64,000 nucleotides of DNA from Selaginella moellendorffii (Eukaryota > Plantae > Lycopodiophyta): the NCBI RefSeq assembly GCF_000143415.4, contig NW_003314297.1, forward strand, positions 1,093,430-1,157,429, given 5' to 3'. A program made the translations under genes and the position numbers. Positions 1 through 12,485 of the stretch are shown piece after piece (within the stretch, counting starts at the first letter, position 1; each line of letters starts with the position of its first letter). The notes below the pieces were generated by a model. It did not search any database. It was not told the DNA's origin and saw only the letters and a list, made by a program, of their open reading frames with translations.

Positions 1-419
1 GCCCACACGCACAACAAGGTCCATCTCATCCTGTGCACATGCATGTGTACGGCCGTTGCCATAAAGAATGAAAACTGGTTCTGCTGCACGACGCAAGTGT
101 AGACGACAACAAGTGGCAACAGGTCGAGCAATAGAAAATAAACTCGAACTTGTATCAACCAACACGGAGAAAATAATAGGAGACCTCTTGTTATAAAAAT
201 GAGCTTGGAAAGTAAATACTGGATGAACCGGTGCCGAGTGAACCCCTTGATGATACTCCCGAAAGAAAGATGGAGGGGTCACTGATTTATTCGCGCAAGG
301 TCCCTCCGTTACTCGCGCGACTCCTCGTTTCCCGGATGCATCTCGGTGTCTTGACCTTCCACTGCAGCAACACCCACGAGACGTTGCTGACACCAAGGTC
401 TCCACCCAGGAAATGGAGG

Positions 420-1061
420 TCACCAATCCGGAAAACGACGGCAACGCCGATAAGTATAACCAACTTCATCACACGCCCAGCAGTGAACATCACAGCCACA
501 ACCACGTCCTCGCACTTGTCCTTGGACTCGAGTAGCAACAGCATCAACCTCCATTGGAACAGGACCATCACCCATAGGAAGTGGAGCGGAAGGACGTGCA
601 GCGAAAAGTGGAAGAGGTGACGTCTCATAACGTTGTGCCAAGCGAAGAGCATTATTAAGGGTGGCAGGAGCAAGTGCATGCACAAGTCCGACAAAATCTT
701 GACGAAGTGCTGGCCACAACATTCCTAGCTTGATCCGCTCCGATATATTTGGCTCCGCACGAAGCAAAAGACTTCGGAAACGAATGCCAAATTGCATCAC
801 CGACTCAGATGGCTTTTGGGAAAGACGATACAATTGTTGGAAAGCATCATCACAATCATCAGCATGTCCGAAGGCGCGTTTGAAGACGTCTAGGAGAACA
901 CTCCAATCCCCATGAGTGGTTGCACTCAAACCATTGTACCACTGCAACGCTGTCCTTTGGAGACACGTGGGAAACTCACGAAACCGTCAAGCATCATCCC
1001 AAGAATGATATATGGCAATCACCGTGAAGTGATCGAATCAATGGTACACATCATCCCCAGG
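420..1061 (-). pseudogene. Retrotransposon gag remnant, 3' part, split by the LTR element at 1062-9115
   Basis: ORF 420-947 has gag-like 'ALQWY...L.Q...ESVMQF..RF', 'PMEVD' and a degenerate CX2CX4(H>Y)X4C knuckle. The frame continues upstream through in-frame stops. Confidence 0.8.
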
Positions 1062-2896
1062 TGTAAGCGACTAAATTTTCCATTCTACTTTAGTCACTTA
1101 ACCACACCTCTGACCACTTGGAGGAGTCTTAGTCACAACCTCTATAAATCCATTTCAGGACTTGGGACTTGCTAGCCCCAAGAATGGCATCCATGCCACT
1201 CAACATTTGCACTTGGTCCAAGTGCTCCACGTGTCCGATCCCATAACCAACACTCAAAAGTACCACCGACATGGTAGCCTGTTACGCTAAGGCCATGCCC
1301 AAACACCTTTGCCACACTGGTAGTCCAATACCACTTGCATCACAGTCTTGGCTCTCCAAGACTAGGCAAACCATCCGTGAGTGGTCATCTCAAATCCACT
1401 CTTTAGCATCCTTAGGATGCCCACCGACAAGGGGAATAGCCTCCCCAATAATCCCTCTGTCAGTCCCCACTAAGTCCCTTTCTGCCCTTGGCTATGTTTG
1501 CCAACACTGCCACTGGATCGAGGGCCACAGGCCCGACCACTAAGTCCCACGGTCCTCTGGGACTTCCTCACCACACGACTGTGTCCTTGGTCACTACCCC
1601 AAAGGACTACACCTCTTCCTTTCCACAGTCTGGGCCTTTGGGACAACATTTTGGACACCATGGCCTTACGCCTTCCGCCCTTGGGTGCTCTAGCCATGGG
1701 CTTAGAGCAAGGTTCCATTGAGCCACGCCTGGTATCCAAGTAGGTAGTGCCACCCACACTTGGACTGGGAGCATCGGTCAGTCGATCTCCCGGGGGAACT
1801 AGAGCCGGCTCTTGAACACTTCACCAAGCTACCCCGCTTGTCGGTCCGTGTTCACTTTAGTCTTGGACTTCCCAGTGGTCAGCTCATCACCCAACACTGG
1901 GTCTGGCCTTCCTGGGCCAAACTGGCCTTTCCTGGCCAAACTGGCTCCACTGGGCTCCAACCCCCACACTCTCCCTACTATACTTTTGGAACCCCCCGCA
2001 GCCCCCCCCCCCTGGGGGACGATCGCTTTGGGCTTTCACCCAACTGCCTGTATTAGTATTCGGACTCGGACTCGGGCTCGAACTCGAACTCGGACTCGGA
2101 CTCAGTCTCGGTCTCAGTCTCGGCCTCGGTCTGGGTCTCGGTTCCATCTCGGACTCCATCTTGGACTCCATCTCAGGTCCATCTCGGACTCCATCTCAGA
2201 CTCCATCTTGGGTCCATCTCGGGTCCATCTCGGACTCCATCTCGGACTCCATCTCGGACTCCATCTTGGGTCCATCTCGGGTCCATCTCGGACTCCATCT
2301 CGGGTCCATCTCGGACTCCATCTTGGGTCCATCTCGGGTCCATCTCGGACTCCATCTCGGGTCCATCTTGGACTCCATCTCGGGTCCATCTCGGACTCCA
2401 CCTCAGACTCCATCTCGGGTCCATCTCGGGTCCATCTCGGATTCCATCTCGGACTCCACCTCGGACTCCAACTCGGGTCCATCTTGGACTCCATCTCGGA
2501 CTCCATATCAGACTCCACTTCGGGTCCATCTCGGACTCCACCTCGGACCCCATATCAGACTCCACTTCGGGTCCATCTCGGACTCCATATCGGACTCCAC
2601 TTCGGGTCCATCTCGGACTCCACTTCGGGTCCATCTCGGACTCCAACTTGGGTCTGCCTCGGACACTTCCAGGTGTCATGTGTTGGTCCTTTTTGGGTCC
2701 CTTTTTGGAGCCTCGTTTATGGCTCGCTTCGTGCTCATTCCTCAAGCACTTTGTTAGGGGTTCCACTCCCGCTCTCGACCTTTTAAGGTGGAGCTTTTAG
2801 TCCAAACATGTTATGCTCGTTTGGCTTTCGCTTCGGCCACTACCACGTGGCGCCCCTACGGCTCTACTTTGGGGCTTAGGGATTTTGTGTCTCACA
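1062..2896 (-). repeat. 3' LTR of family-1 element (1835 bp)
   Basis: Starts TGTAAGCG, ends TCTCACA on +; highly similar to 6961-9115. Confidence 0.93.
2060..2660. repeat. 11/12-bp minisatellite (GGACTCCATCTC / GGGTCCATCTC) inside LTR
   Basis: Directly visible tandem array; it generates the spurious SISD/PSRT/VHLG ORFs. Confidence 0.95.
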
Positions 2897-2937
2897 ACTC
2901 TACCACCCATAGACGAAGTTCGATGTCCTCATCGAAC
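2897..2937 (-). other. PPT-like tract plus adjacent 8-bp hairpin
   Basis: Minus strand ATGGGTGGTAGAGT abuts the LTR. GTTCGATG-N4-CATCGAAC at 2918-2937. Homologous to 39534-39574. Confidence 0.75.
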
Positions 2938-5900
2938 GGTAAACCCTTTCATAAAGTAACACCCGCATGTGTTACCATTTCCATCCTTGGCACCCAGCCA
3001 ATATCTATCTATGGTTTGACACGAAAGGCTCACCATGCCTTGTCCATCCTCTAAGGAGCATAGCCTCTCCAACTTAGAAGCTCATTTGACCACTTGTTGT
3101 GGTTCTCTCCTTTTATTGGTTTAGTTCTCACTAAACCTGTTAGAGACACCTTCTCTAACTCGATCCCACTACTCATTCTCAAGTGGTCTCACTTTCCAGC
3201 ACTATAACCCTTGCACTTTGGAACTTTTAATTCTGACTTCTCGAAGTCAATTTCCTAGGTGTCTCAGACACCTTGCATTGCACACATTGTGCAACTCCAC
3301 TTCCTCATCCTAGGAAGTTCTCCACTTGAGGGCGCCATCATCCTCTATTCGATTTCATGCCACCTTTGAGCACTGAGTTCCGGTTATCATATTGTGTGCT
3401 AGGGCTGTCTATGGCTCTATCTTTTGGCTACTTTGCCGCTCCCTCACCGTGAGCTTTTACTTCGCCAAATTGGAGCACTTAAGAATCCATCCTTGAAAGT
3501 CCACTTCCTTTCCCACAAGCCGTTAGCATCAAACACATTAGTGTTCCTTGGCTAACTTTGCCATTTGGATCCCTTCCATTACATTCCATGGCCCAAACTT
3601 GGCCACTAGTCCTTTGCTCTTATCCTTGATTGTTGCACCCAGCAACATAGGATCGCTACCTCCATTTTTGAGGTATCCTTTCGGTTTCATAGCAAAGACT
3701 CTTCTTTGCCAAGTCCGGAGGATGTTCACCCCTAGTATGTCTCTTTAGCATCTTCTACTATGGGCTTTATCCACTGCCCAACTTCGTGACCCTCCCATGG
3801 GTCTCTTATAGAGACTACTTTCCTTAGACTCACTATGCCATCGCACAGACATAGTTTATTTCCATTATGTGCTCTTCCCACTTGGTCATCATGACCAAGC
3901 CACACCACCTTAAACAGTTCAATTTCAATATTTTGAACCAGGAACTTCATTCCTTAGCCAACCAAGGACCTTGTCCTTATTTGGCCATACGATCACCTAG
4001 TGATCTCACCTTGGCACCTTAACAGAGTTGCCAAGAGGTACTTGGTCTTCTAGACCTTCAAATTGTTGACTATAACCCCGGGGGCATCCCCCACACTTGG
4101 CAGTGCACCCAAGCCAGCCCTTACAGCCAAGGGTTCATAGCAACTGAGATTAGGTGTCCCCATCTGACTCACCACGTCCTTGGTGCCACTTGCACCAAAG
4201 CGTTGAAGTTAGATATGCTGAGCTTTCACACTAAGCAATCTAACCGTGCATCACGACTCCGAGGCATCCCTCGCTTGGCGGTGTGCCCAAGCCAGTCTCC
4301 ACACTGAGAGTCCATGACCACCGAAAAATGAGTGTCCTCATATTCCAAACCGTCACCACGCCCTAGTGAGTTGGGACTCGAACCCAAGCACTAGAGGGTC
4401 GGGACTCGAACCCAACCTCTGTATATGCATCTATCGACGGCATCACCCAGGATGCCTGGCGTGACTCCCCACGCCGGTGCACCAACTTATACTCAAAGCG
4501 CGCTATAGATCACAGCTTAGAAACCTAGTTCCTCCCCACTGCCAAGTCCTCTCACTTGACAAGCCTGTGATCATGCATGGACTCCTCCATGCTTGGCCCC
4601 ATGGCCCACCCTTTTTGAAGTTATCACCTTCAACTAGGGTATTTGTTCCCCTGACTTGCCAATCTCGCTTTGGCAAGTCCTCCGACCACTGTAACATGGT
4701 TCCTGCACAAGCGTGAAAGCCCTTGGTCATCGACTTTCGTTCAAAGCCCTCTCTTTGAACACTCGGGAACTACTTCCTTAACCTTGATAGCCTTGCCTTA
4801 TGGCAAGCTTCAAGACCACGCTTCTGTTGCGCCACTCTGATTTCGCGCGTTCCTTGGACCATTTACGCTTGGCCTTTCTAGGTACTAAGCTACCTAGAAT
4901 CATCTTTAGGAACCTTGAAGGAACTCTGTCCCTTAGCTTGTTAAGGCTTTCCTTTTTGCAAGCTTTCCGATTACCATATAGTCTATCATGGACAATTCCA
5001 TATTTTAGACTCTCCATGGCATCACGGTTGCTAGCGGCAACACCCTCGAGCCCCCACTTGATTCTCCACTCCCAGCAGGCATAACCAACCTTGGTTATGC
5101 CCTTCGATTCCTATGGTTTGGTTCTATCCCCTTACTTCTTGCTTTTGGCTTCACACCTTTCTTTCGGTCATTCTCCTCCAGACCAGGAGGATAGCTTTGC
5201 ACTTTCTATCATGCCTTAGCAAGTATTCTTAGGGATGAATCTACCCGATAGCCTAGGGAGTGGTTCCTCAATCCAGGTATGCTCACCCTATAATCCCATA
5301 CAACGAGATTACGTTATTGCTTACGGGTTTTTACATGCCCATCACTAACCTTGCAAAAATTCCCTTTTTGGCTTTGTCCAATTCGAGTAGACAGTCTTCT
5401 CCTGTCTCTGCCACCTTTGGACATTTGGATAGCACCTTCTATCCATCATTCGCTAGGGATTTAGTCCCTTGGGCCTTATTTATTACCCTCACGACATTAA
5501 ACACCACCTCCTGGTGTTCTAGAGTGTTCAGGTGTCCCAATGACGTCTTCCTTGACAATGAGTATTTCCTTTTATGACATGGACTTACTATATCACAACA
5601 TAAGCAACTTATCCCCCATAAGAGTATATCCAACTTCCCTATGCCATTAAGAAGGCTTAGGTAGCTACCTTCTACCCGTTTAACCAATTATTTTGCACCT
5701 TTTGCTTAGTTGCCTCATAATTGTCAAGTCCTACAACTCATTGCTTGGTGCTTCCACACCTCCATCATTATCTGGGTCACCACACTCCAATTGCATGCTC
5801 TGCAGCTTAGGCTATGCCATTCCCATTTCCATTGGGATTCCTTTGGCAAGGGGTTCTCATGAACCCACCAACATAGCCTCAAGGTATCACACCTTGGCAC

Positions 5901-6945
5901 ATTTGGTGTCTCCACACCATCGGCTCCACGAGCTTACTTCTATGACACTTCTTCTTTGTATCTATGTCTTTGCCAAGACCAATACCGCTCTTTATCATGC
6001 CAACCATCTGTTAGCACTGCACCATAAAGGTCACACACAACTTTAAGTCAAAGTTGTTTTCTTCTGGGAACACCTTTCCCATAACTTTAGCATGGCACCT
6101 TTTGCCATCGATGAGATACCCTCTGTTCTCATCCTTGGATCCTATGATCCCCCCCCATCCTTCGTGGGGTACAACACACCTCAGTCCAAATGCTTCCATC
6201 AGTCCTTTTAGGACCATTCCTTGACTCTACTTGAGTCATCCAGCAGTTTTGGACTTAGTTAATCCACAGACCCGTAAGGTCTCACTTGTGAAGCACTAAC
6301 TCACTAGAATACACTTCTTGCATTCTTGTCCTACTTAAAAGGACTATTTTCACAAGTGTTACTTTGACACTTGTTTTTGTTCTCTGGGGCAACCTCTGCC
6401 CCTTAGGACTACTTGTCCATGTGATGAGAATACCAACTCATCTCTAAGTACACCCCCCAACTCCTTAGGTTATTCCAGCATTTATTAAAGGTAGCCCCGG
6501 CTACCATTTCAGGGACTTGAGTCCTCTTCCGTATTTGACCTCCCACGGTCATTACTTCTGGTCTCACATTCATGAGCACCAACCTCAACTATATGAAGAT
6601 AATCTTGTGACTCCCTTATTGCTTTGGAGTCCTTATTTTTCCTGTGATCCCAACTTTAGTTGTTTACCACAACTACATTAGCCATTTACTGAGTCAAACG
6701 CTCATCTAGATCACATCCTCAACTCTCTGAGGAAAACCATATACTGTTCCCAAGATCCCAAAGTCGTTCCCTTACCGGCCCCTTTTCTATCCACCACATC
6801 GCGCTCAAGTCACGCATGAACTTGAGTGGAGAGCCATGTCCTCTCGGCATGCTACTCCTCAAGGATAACCCCAATCCTAGGACCTTCCAATGCGAATATG
6901 AATGGTGATATACTTGAGCACCAATAAAAGTCAGACTAAGGAACA

Positions 6946-6957
6946 GCTCCGATACCA
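6946..6957 (-). other. Primer binding site (tRNA-iMet type)
   Basis: TGGTATCGGAGC on minus strand, 3 nt from the 5' LTR end. Confidence 0.9.
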
Positions 6958-6960
6958 AGT

Positions 6961-9115
6961 TGTAAGCGACTAAATTTTCCATTCTACTTTAGTCACTTAA
7001 CCACACCTCTGACCACTTAGAGGAGTCTCAGTCACAACCTCCATAAATCCATTTCAGGACTTGGGACTTGCTAGCCCCGAGAATGGCCTCCATGCCACTC
7101 AACATTTGCACTTGGTCCAAGTGCTCCACGTGTCCGATCCCATGACCAACACTCAAAAGTACCACCGACATGGCAGCCTGTTACGCTAAGGCCATGCCCA
7201 AACACCTTTGCCACATTGGTAGTCCAATACCACTTGCATCACAGTCTTGGCTCTCCAAGACTAGGCAAACCATCCGTGAGTGGTCATCTCAGATCCACTC
7301 TTTAGCATCCTTAGGATGCCCACCGACAAGGGGAATAGCCTTCCCCAATATCCCTCTGTCAGTCCCCACTAAGTCCCTTTCTGCCCTTGGCCGTGTTTGC
7401 CAACACTGCCACTGGATCGAGGGCCACAGGCCCGACCACTAAGTCCCACAGTCCTCTGGGACTTCCTCACCACACGATTGTGTCCTTGGTCACTACCCCA
7501 AAGGACTACACTCTTCCTTTCCACAGTCTAGGCCTTTGGGACAACATTTTGGAACACCATGGCCTTACGCAAGCCACCTGGGTACTCTCCCCGCCTTCCG
7601 CCCTTGGGTGCTCTAGCCATGGGCTTAGAGCGAGGTTCCGTTGAGCCACGCCTGGTATCCAAGTAGGTAGTGCCACCCACACTTGGACTGGGAGCATCGG
7701 CCAGTCGATATCCCGGGGGAACTAGAGCCGGCTCTTGAACACTTCACCAAGCTACCCCGCTTGTCGGTCCGTGTTCACTCTAGTCTTGGACTTCCCAGTG
7801 GTCAGCTCATCACCCAACACTGGGTCTGGCCTTCCTGGGCCAAACTGGCCTTTCCAGGCCAAACTGGCTCCACTGGGCTCCACACTCTCCCTACTATACT
7901 TTTGGAACCCCCCGCAGCCCCCCCCCCCCCCCCCTGGGGGACGATCGCTTTGGGCTTTCACCCAACTGCCTGTATTAGTATAAGGACTCGGACTCGGACT
8001 CGGTCTCGGTCCCGGTTTTGGACTCAGACTTGGTCTCGGTCTCGGTTCCATCTCGGACTCCATCTCGGACTCCATCTCGGACTCCATCTTGGGTCCATCT
8101 CGGACTCCATCTCGGACTCCATCTCGGACTCCATCTTGGGTCCATCTCGGGTCCATCTCGGACTCCATCTCGGGTCCATCTCGGACTCCATCTCGGACTC
8201 CATCTCGGGTCCATCTCGGACTCCATCTCGGGTCCATCTCGGACTCCATCTCGGACTCCACCTCAGACTCCATCTCGGGTCCATCTCGGGTCCATCTCGG
8301 ATTCCATCTCGGACTCCACCTCGGACTCCAACTCTGGTCCATCTCGGACTCCACCTCAGACCCCATATCGGACTTCACTTCAGGTCCATCTCGGACTCCA
8401 TATCGGACTCCATATCGGACTCCACTTCGGGTCCATCTCGGACTCCACTTCGGGTCCATCTCGGACTCCATCTCGGACTCCATCTTGGGTCCATCTCGGG
8501 TCCATCTCAGACTCCATCTCGGGTCCATCTCGGACTCCATCTCGGGTCCATCTCGGACTCCATCTCGGGTCCATCTCGGACTCCATCTTGGGTCCATCTC
8601 GGGTCCATCTCGGACTCCATCTCGGACTCCACCTCAGACTCCATCTCGGGTCCATCTCGGGTCCATCTCGGATTCCATCTCGGACTCCACCTCGGACTCC
8701 AACTCGGGTCCATCTCGGACTCCACCTCAGACCCCATATCAGACTCCACTTTGGGTCCATCTTGGACTCCATATCGGACTCCATATCGGACTCCACTTCG
8801 GGTCCATCTCAGACTCCACTTCGGGTCCATCTCAGACTCCACTTCGGGTCCATCTCGGACTCCAACTCGGGTCTGCCTCGGACACTTCCAGGTGTCATGT
8901 GTTGGTCCTTTTTGGGTCCCTTTTTGGAGCCTCGCTTATGACTCGCTTCGTGCTCATTCCTCAAGCACTTTGTTAGGGGTTCCACTCCCGCTCTCGACCT
9001 TTCAAGGCGGAGCTTTTAGTCCAAACGTGTTATGCTCGTTTGGCTTTCGCTTCGGCCACTACCACGTGGCGCCCCTCCGGCTCTACTTTGGGGACTAGGG
9101 ATTTTGTGTCTCACA
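6961..9115 (-). repeat. 5' LTR of family-1 element (2155 bp)
   Basis: TG...CA termini, next to the PBS, followed by TSD CCAGG. Confidence 0.93.
7985..8880. repeat. Longer copy of the LTR minisatellite
   Basis: Same 11/12-bp units as 2060-2660, about 300 bp longer. Confidence 0.95.
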
Positions 9116-9186
9116 CCAGGATTCCCGCGAAAGAACTCTGGCCGAATGCAAGGATTGGCACCAAGAGCAACAACTTACAACGCCAT
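9116..9186 (-). pseudogene. 5' part of the same gag remnant
   Basis: Removing 1062-9120 rejoins one frame: MAL*VVALGANPCIRPEFFRGNPG|DDVYH*FDHF...TALQWYNGL, a typical gag N-terminus. Confidence 0.7.
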
Positions 9187-10015
9187 TGTCTTGGGAGAAA
9201 CTCAGTTGATGGCGGCATTCACGGCACGTGGTACAACTCCTCCTTTGTCATTTCTCTTCTTTTGCTCTTTTTTTTTCATTCATCTTCATGGCAGATTAGC
9301 AATCTCCTCCTTTGACTCTAGAGAAGCAGTTGGTACAATTCCTTAATGCTATGTGCTTGCAATTGAACAACCAAAGTTAGAAGGAAATGGTAGATCTAGA
9401 CAACGCAAAAAGCTAGATCTAAACCAAAACCTTGAAAAAAAAGAACAAAAGAAAGGAAATGGAAAAAACTAGAGTTAAACAATGCAAAAGTTAGATCTAA
9501 ACTAAAATCCCAAATCCAAGCACTCTTCAGGGACAATCAAAAGTGCCCCTTACCTCCACCAATGTAAGTGCTTGGAATATAGAAAGAGAATATAGAAATG
9601 TGCATATTAATTAGCCCAAAAACCTTAGTTTATATATAGGAGCAAGTGGTCTAAATTGAAACCAATCCAACAACGGCTACCAAAATCCCACTACACTAAT
9701 ATTAATATACGGCATCGTAACTGTACACTTGGCCCTCACAAATAAAAATTAACAAAATAAATTTGTGATCATCCTGGCTATTGTATATCAATGATTGATG
9801 GCTCCTCCTAAACTTTTGTACCCCGATGAAAGGCCAGGAAGACCTTCCTGTGACTTACTCAAGCCCATAGAAGGGACTGAAGAGAAGGCCAGATAAATGA
9901 CGAGCTTTCGCTCTTCATTCTATTTGTTTTTTACTTGTTCTTATGTTTTGTCTGCAATCAAAGAGTAGCATCTATACAAATTGACTTCGAAGAAACGTAA
10001 AGTTCCCTGTCTCTC

Positions 10016-11671
10016 TCAGAGGTGGAAGAATTCACCAGGATACAGAAAGGCTCGTACCTGGTCAGCGTTTTCACCTGTCAGAGAAGCGTGCCCCGGAGCA
10101 GATGGCTCCACCTCCAAATCACTCTTGACCCGCTTGGGATCATTGGCTGTCAACTTCCGGACGAGGTTCTCGTCGCTCGTGATCTCGGGGCTGTTCTCCA
10201 CATCGCGCTTCCTGATCGATTCAGCTTCATCAGTCCATATTGTCAGCTCAAGTGCAGAGACTACTAACCTGTGGGAAAAAGGCCGGATGCGGGGCTCCAT
10301 CATGATGAACTTCTGCATTTGTTTCTCTATCTCAGCCCGCTTCTTTGCCAGTGCTGCGACATCTCCAGGATCGAACACGGTGCCAGAACGATCCGCCACC
10401 TTTCGTCCTTGTTCCCGTCCATGAAACTGCTCTGGAACCCGGTCGCGTCGAGATGATAGGCGCACTGGGAGCTCGTTTGCAGCCATTTTCTCGCCTGCTG
10501 GATGATGAGAGTAGCCACCAGACGAGAAGAGTGGATCATCCTCCGGAGTGGCTGAGAACAGCCTTCGCTGCTCGTCAACTTCATACGCAGGAAAGACGAC
10601 GAGAGGATCCTCCATCATGACGTTTCCCCGGCTTCCTTGCTGGCCATGCACTGGATCAGCAGCACGAAAGAGTGGATCGTTTCCGGATGCAGACTTGTGG
10701 CGAGCACCAGCGGGAAGAGCAGACGGTGGCAGCCGCCTTGGTGGCCTCAGGAGCTCGCGAATTAGGGGGTCAGCAGCCGCCTTATTCCTGCCGGCATTCA
10801 ACTGCGATGATGGTCGAGGCTCCACTTTGGTAATGAGGTGCTCCCGCTGGTTGCTGCTGCTGCCGCTGTTGCCATCGCTAGGCTCATGGCCATCCTCCAC
10901 CAGGATGTCGTCGTGGTGGATGTCGCCGTGCACCTTGTTCCTTCTCCTCTTCAAGAGTATCCAGACTCCAGTGACGATAGCTACCAGTGCGAGCAGGAGC
11001 ATAACGATGCCTGCCGCGAGCACACCAGGTGATGCAACGAATGCAGCTGCAGCTGCTGCTGCTGAAGATGGTGCTGACGACGCCATAGGCGGAGAGGTGT
11101 CCAAGCCAAGGGGCCTTGGTTGCCACGTTATGGTCGAAGGTGGTGGCGATGGCGGCCTTGGGTTCCACGTTATGCTCGAAGGTGGTGGCGATGGCGGCCT
11201 TGGGTTCCACGTTATGCTCGAAGGTGGTGGCGATGACGGCCCGGCCCTCCTTGGTCGCCAGGTTACAGTGTCGGCCTTGTTGGGCGGCGAAGAAGAAGGT
11301 GACGGCCCTGTAGCAGCTCCATCACCAGCTCGTCGATGTCCATGGTGCCTCTTTGGCTCTGCTGCTGGATGTTCCTTGGTGGGCGGAGAGCTCGGTGGTG
11401 GATGTCCAGCTCCATGATGCTCAGGAGAGCTCGGCGGTGGATGTCCAGCTCCATGATGCTCAGGAGAACTCGGTGGTGGCTTTGCTGGTGAGTGATGTCC
11501 ATCTGTGGGCTTTGGTGGACTGTGCCTCTTGGTTGGCGCCGGTGGAGACCTCTTTGGTGGCGGAGATGAAGTTGTCGGCGCCCTCTTTGGCGATGGTTTG
11601 GGCGGCGGCGTCCTCCTCACGTGCTCCCGGTGAGGCGGCGGGGGCGGTGGCGTGGAGATTTTGCGAGCCAT
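10016..11671 (-). CDS. Proline-rich single-pass membrane protein, 551 aa (PERK-like N-terminal architecture, no kinase)
   Basis: Pro/Ser/His-rich N-terminus with internal repeats (SSPEHHGAGHPPP x2, SITWNPRPPSPPP x3), hydrophobic helix GVLAAGIVMLLLALVAIVTGVWILL followed by KRRR. Confidence 0.7.
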   Translation of the reverse strand: MARKISTPPPPPPHREHVRRTPPPKPSPKRAPTTSSPPPKRSPPAPTKRHSPPKPTDGHHSPAKPPPSSPEHHGAGHPPPSSPEHHGAGHPPPSSPPTKEHPAAEPKRHHGHRRAGDGAATGPSPSSSPPNKADTVTWRPRRAGPSSPPPSSITWNPRPPSPPPSSITWNPRPPSPPPSTITWQPRPLGLDTSPPMASSAPSSAAAAAAAFVASPGVLAAGIVMLLLALVAIVTGVWILLKRRRNKVHGDIHHDDILVEDGHEPSDGNSGSSSNQREHLITKVEPRPSSQLNAGRNKAAADPLIRELLRPPRRLPPSALPAGARHKSASGNDPLFRAADPVHGQQGSRGNVMMEDPLVVFPAYEVDEQRRLFSATPEDDPLFSSGGYSHHPAGEKMAANELPVRLSSRRDRVPEQFHGREQGRKVADRSGTVFDPGDVAALAKKRAEIEKQMQKFIMMEPRIRPFSHRLVVSALELTIWTDEAESIRKRDVENSPEITSDENLVRKLTANDPKRVKSDLEVEPSAPGHASLTGENADQVRAFLYPGEFFHL

Positions 11672-12220
11672 AGTCAGAGATCAAGCTTACCAGAGAAAGT
11701 CGCAGTATTTCAGCTCAAGCTCGCTTGCTTACCAGAGGAAACTCGCGCTTGCTTACTTCCCCCTTTTTTAGGGCATTAAAGTGTCTGAAAGCTAAGTACT
11801 TATAATGTGTACGGTAAACGAATGGTATTTTCGTACAAATAGAAGAATAGTAGTCATTCTTGTACAATCTAGACCGTGCATTTAAAATTTTCTGGACCGT
11901 TCCTTTATATACAATCTACACTGTAAAATCTTGGATGTCGTATTAATTAAATCGAAGCCGCCGCTCAACCGTCCCATATTCAACTGATGATATGGCACAC
12001 ATGCGATTCTGGGCAAAAGTTTTTAACACGGCCGAGGGTCTTGTAAGATGAACTTGTAAAGTTTTAGCAGGCGATTTTGTGGAACTTAGTGATCCTCATT
12101 TGAAGGGTTGGAGAGATATTATAGAAACGAGAAGAAATTCTCAAACACGGAACCAAATTAGATAAGGACTAAGCAATGCCGTCCCACGACAACTCTCTAG
12201 CATTGTGTGCTGGCTCGAGC

Positions 12221-12228
12221 TATAAATA
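12221..12228 (+). promoter_or_regulatory. TATA box of the peptide gene
   Basis: TATAAATA about 60 nt before ATG 12288, conserved in the paralogous promoter at 13512-13519. Confidence 0.7.
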
Positions 12229-12287
12229 TGAGCCCCTCCTGCCTCACAGATCAAACCACTTCTCTCTAATAGAACAAGCAGCAAAGC

Positions 12288-12485
12288 ATGGAGAACAAGG
12301 CTTTCTTCGTGTTGTTTTTGGCACTCGCCATATTTGTCATGATGCTGGCCATGGGCGTGGACGTGGGAGGAATCGCAAAGGCTGCTGCCCAGCGCTGCCA
12401 GTCGGGGTGGTATTGGTATGACAACAGTTGCCACCGTTGCCAGAGGGGTTGGAGCTGGCGCAACAATCGCTGCTGGCGCAACTGA
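12288..12485 (+). CDS. Small secreted Cys/Trp/Arg-rich peptide precursor (65 aa)
   Basis: Signal-peptide-like N-terminus, then QRCQSGWYWYDNSCHRCQRGWSWRNNRCWRN (two RCQxGWxWxxNxC units). TATA box upstream; paralogous remnants nearby. Confidence 0.75.
   Translation: MENKAFFVLFLALAIFVMMLAMGVDVGGIAKAAAQRCQSGWYWYDNSCHRCQRGWSWRNNRCWRN

Larger units (their letters stand above)
1062..9115 (-). mobile_element. Full-length Ty3/gypsy-type LTR retrotransposon without coding capacity (family 1, probably non-autonomous)
   Basis: Two TG...CA LTRs (1062-2896, 6961-9115), TSD CCAGG (1057-1061, 9116-9120), tRNA-iMet PBS and PPT on the minus strand. The 4064-bp interior has no long ORF. Confidence 0.93.

Noticed and set aside
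2060-2660. CRISPR-like or iteron-like repeat array
   Set aside because: No unique spacers, eukaryotic context; a simple minisatellite.
1812-2786. Long overlapping ORFs (SISD/PSRT/VHLG, MESE/PRW), also at 7683-9098 and in family-2 LTRs
   Set aside because: Artefacts of stop-poor tandem arrays inside LTRs, open in several frames on both strands.
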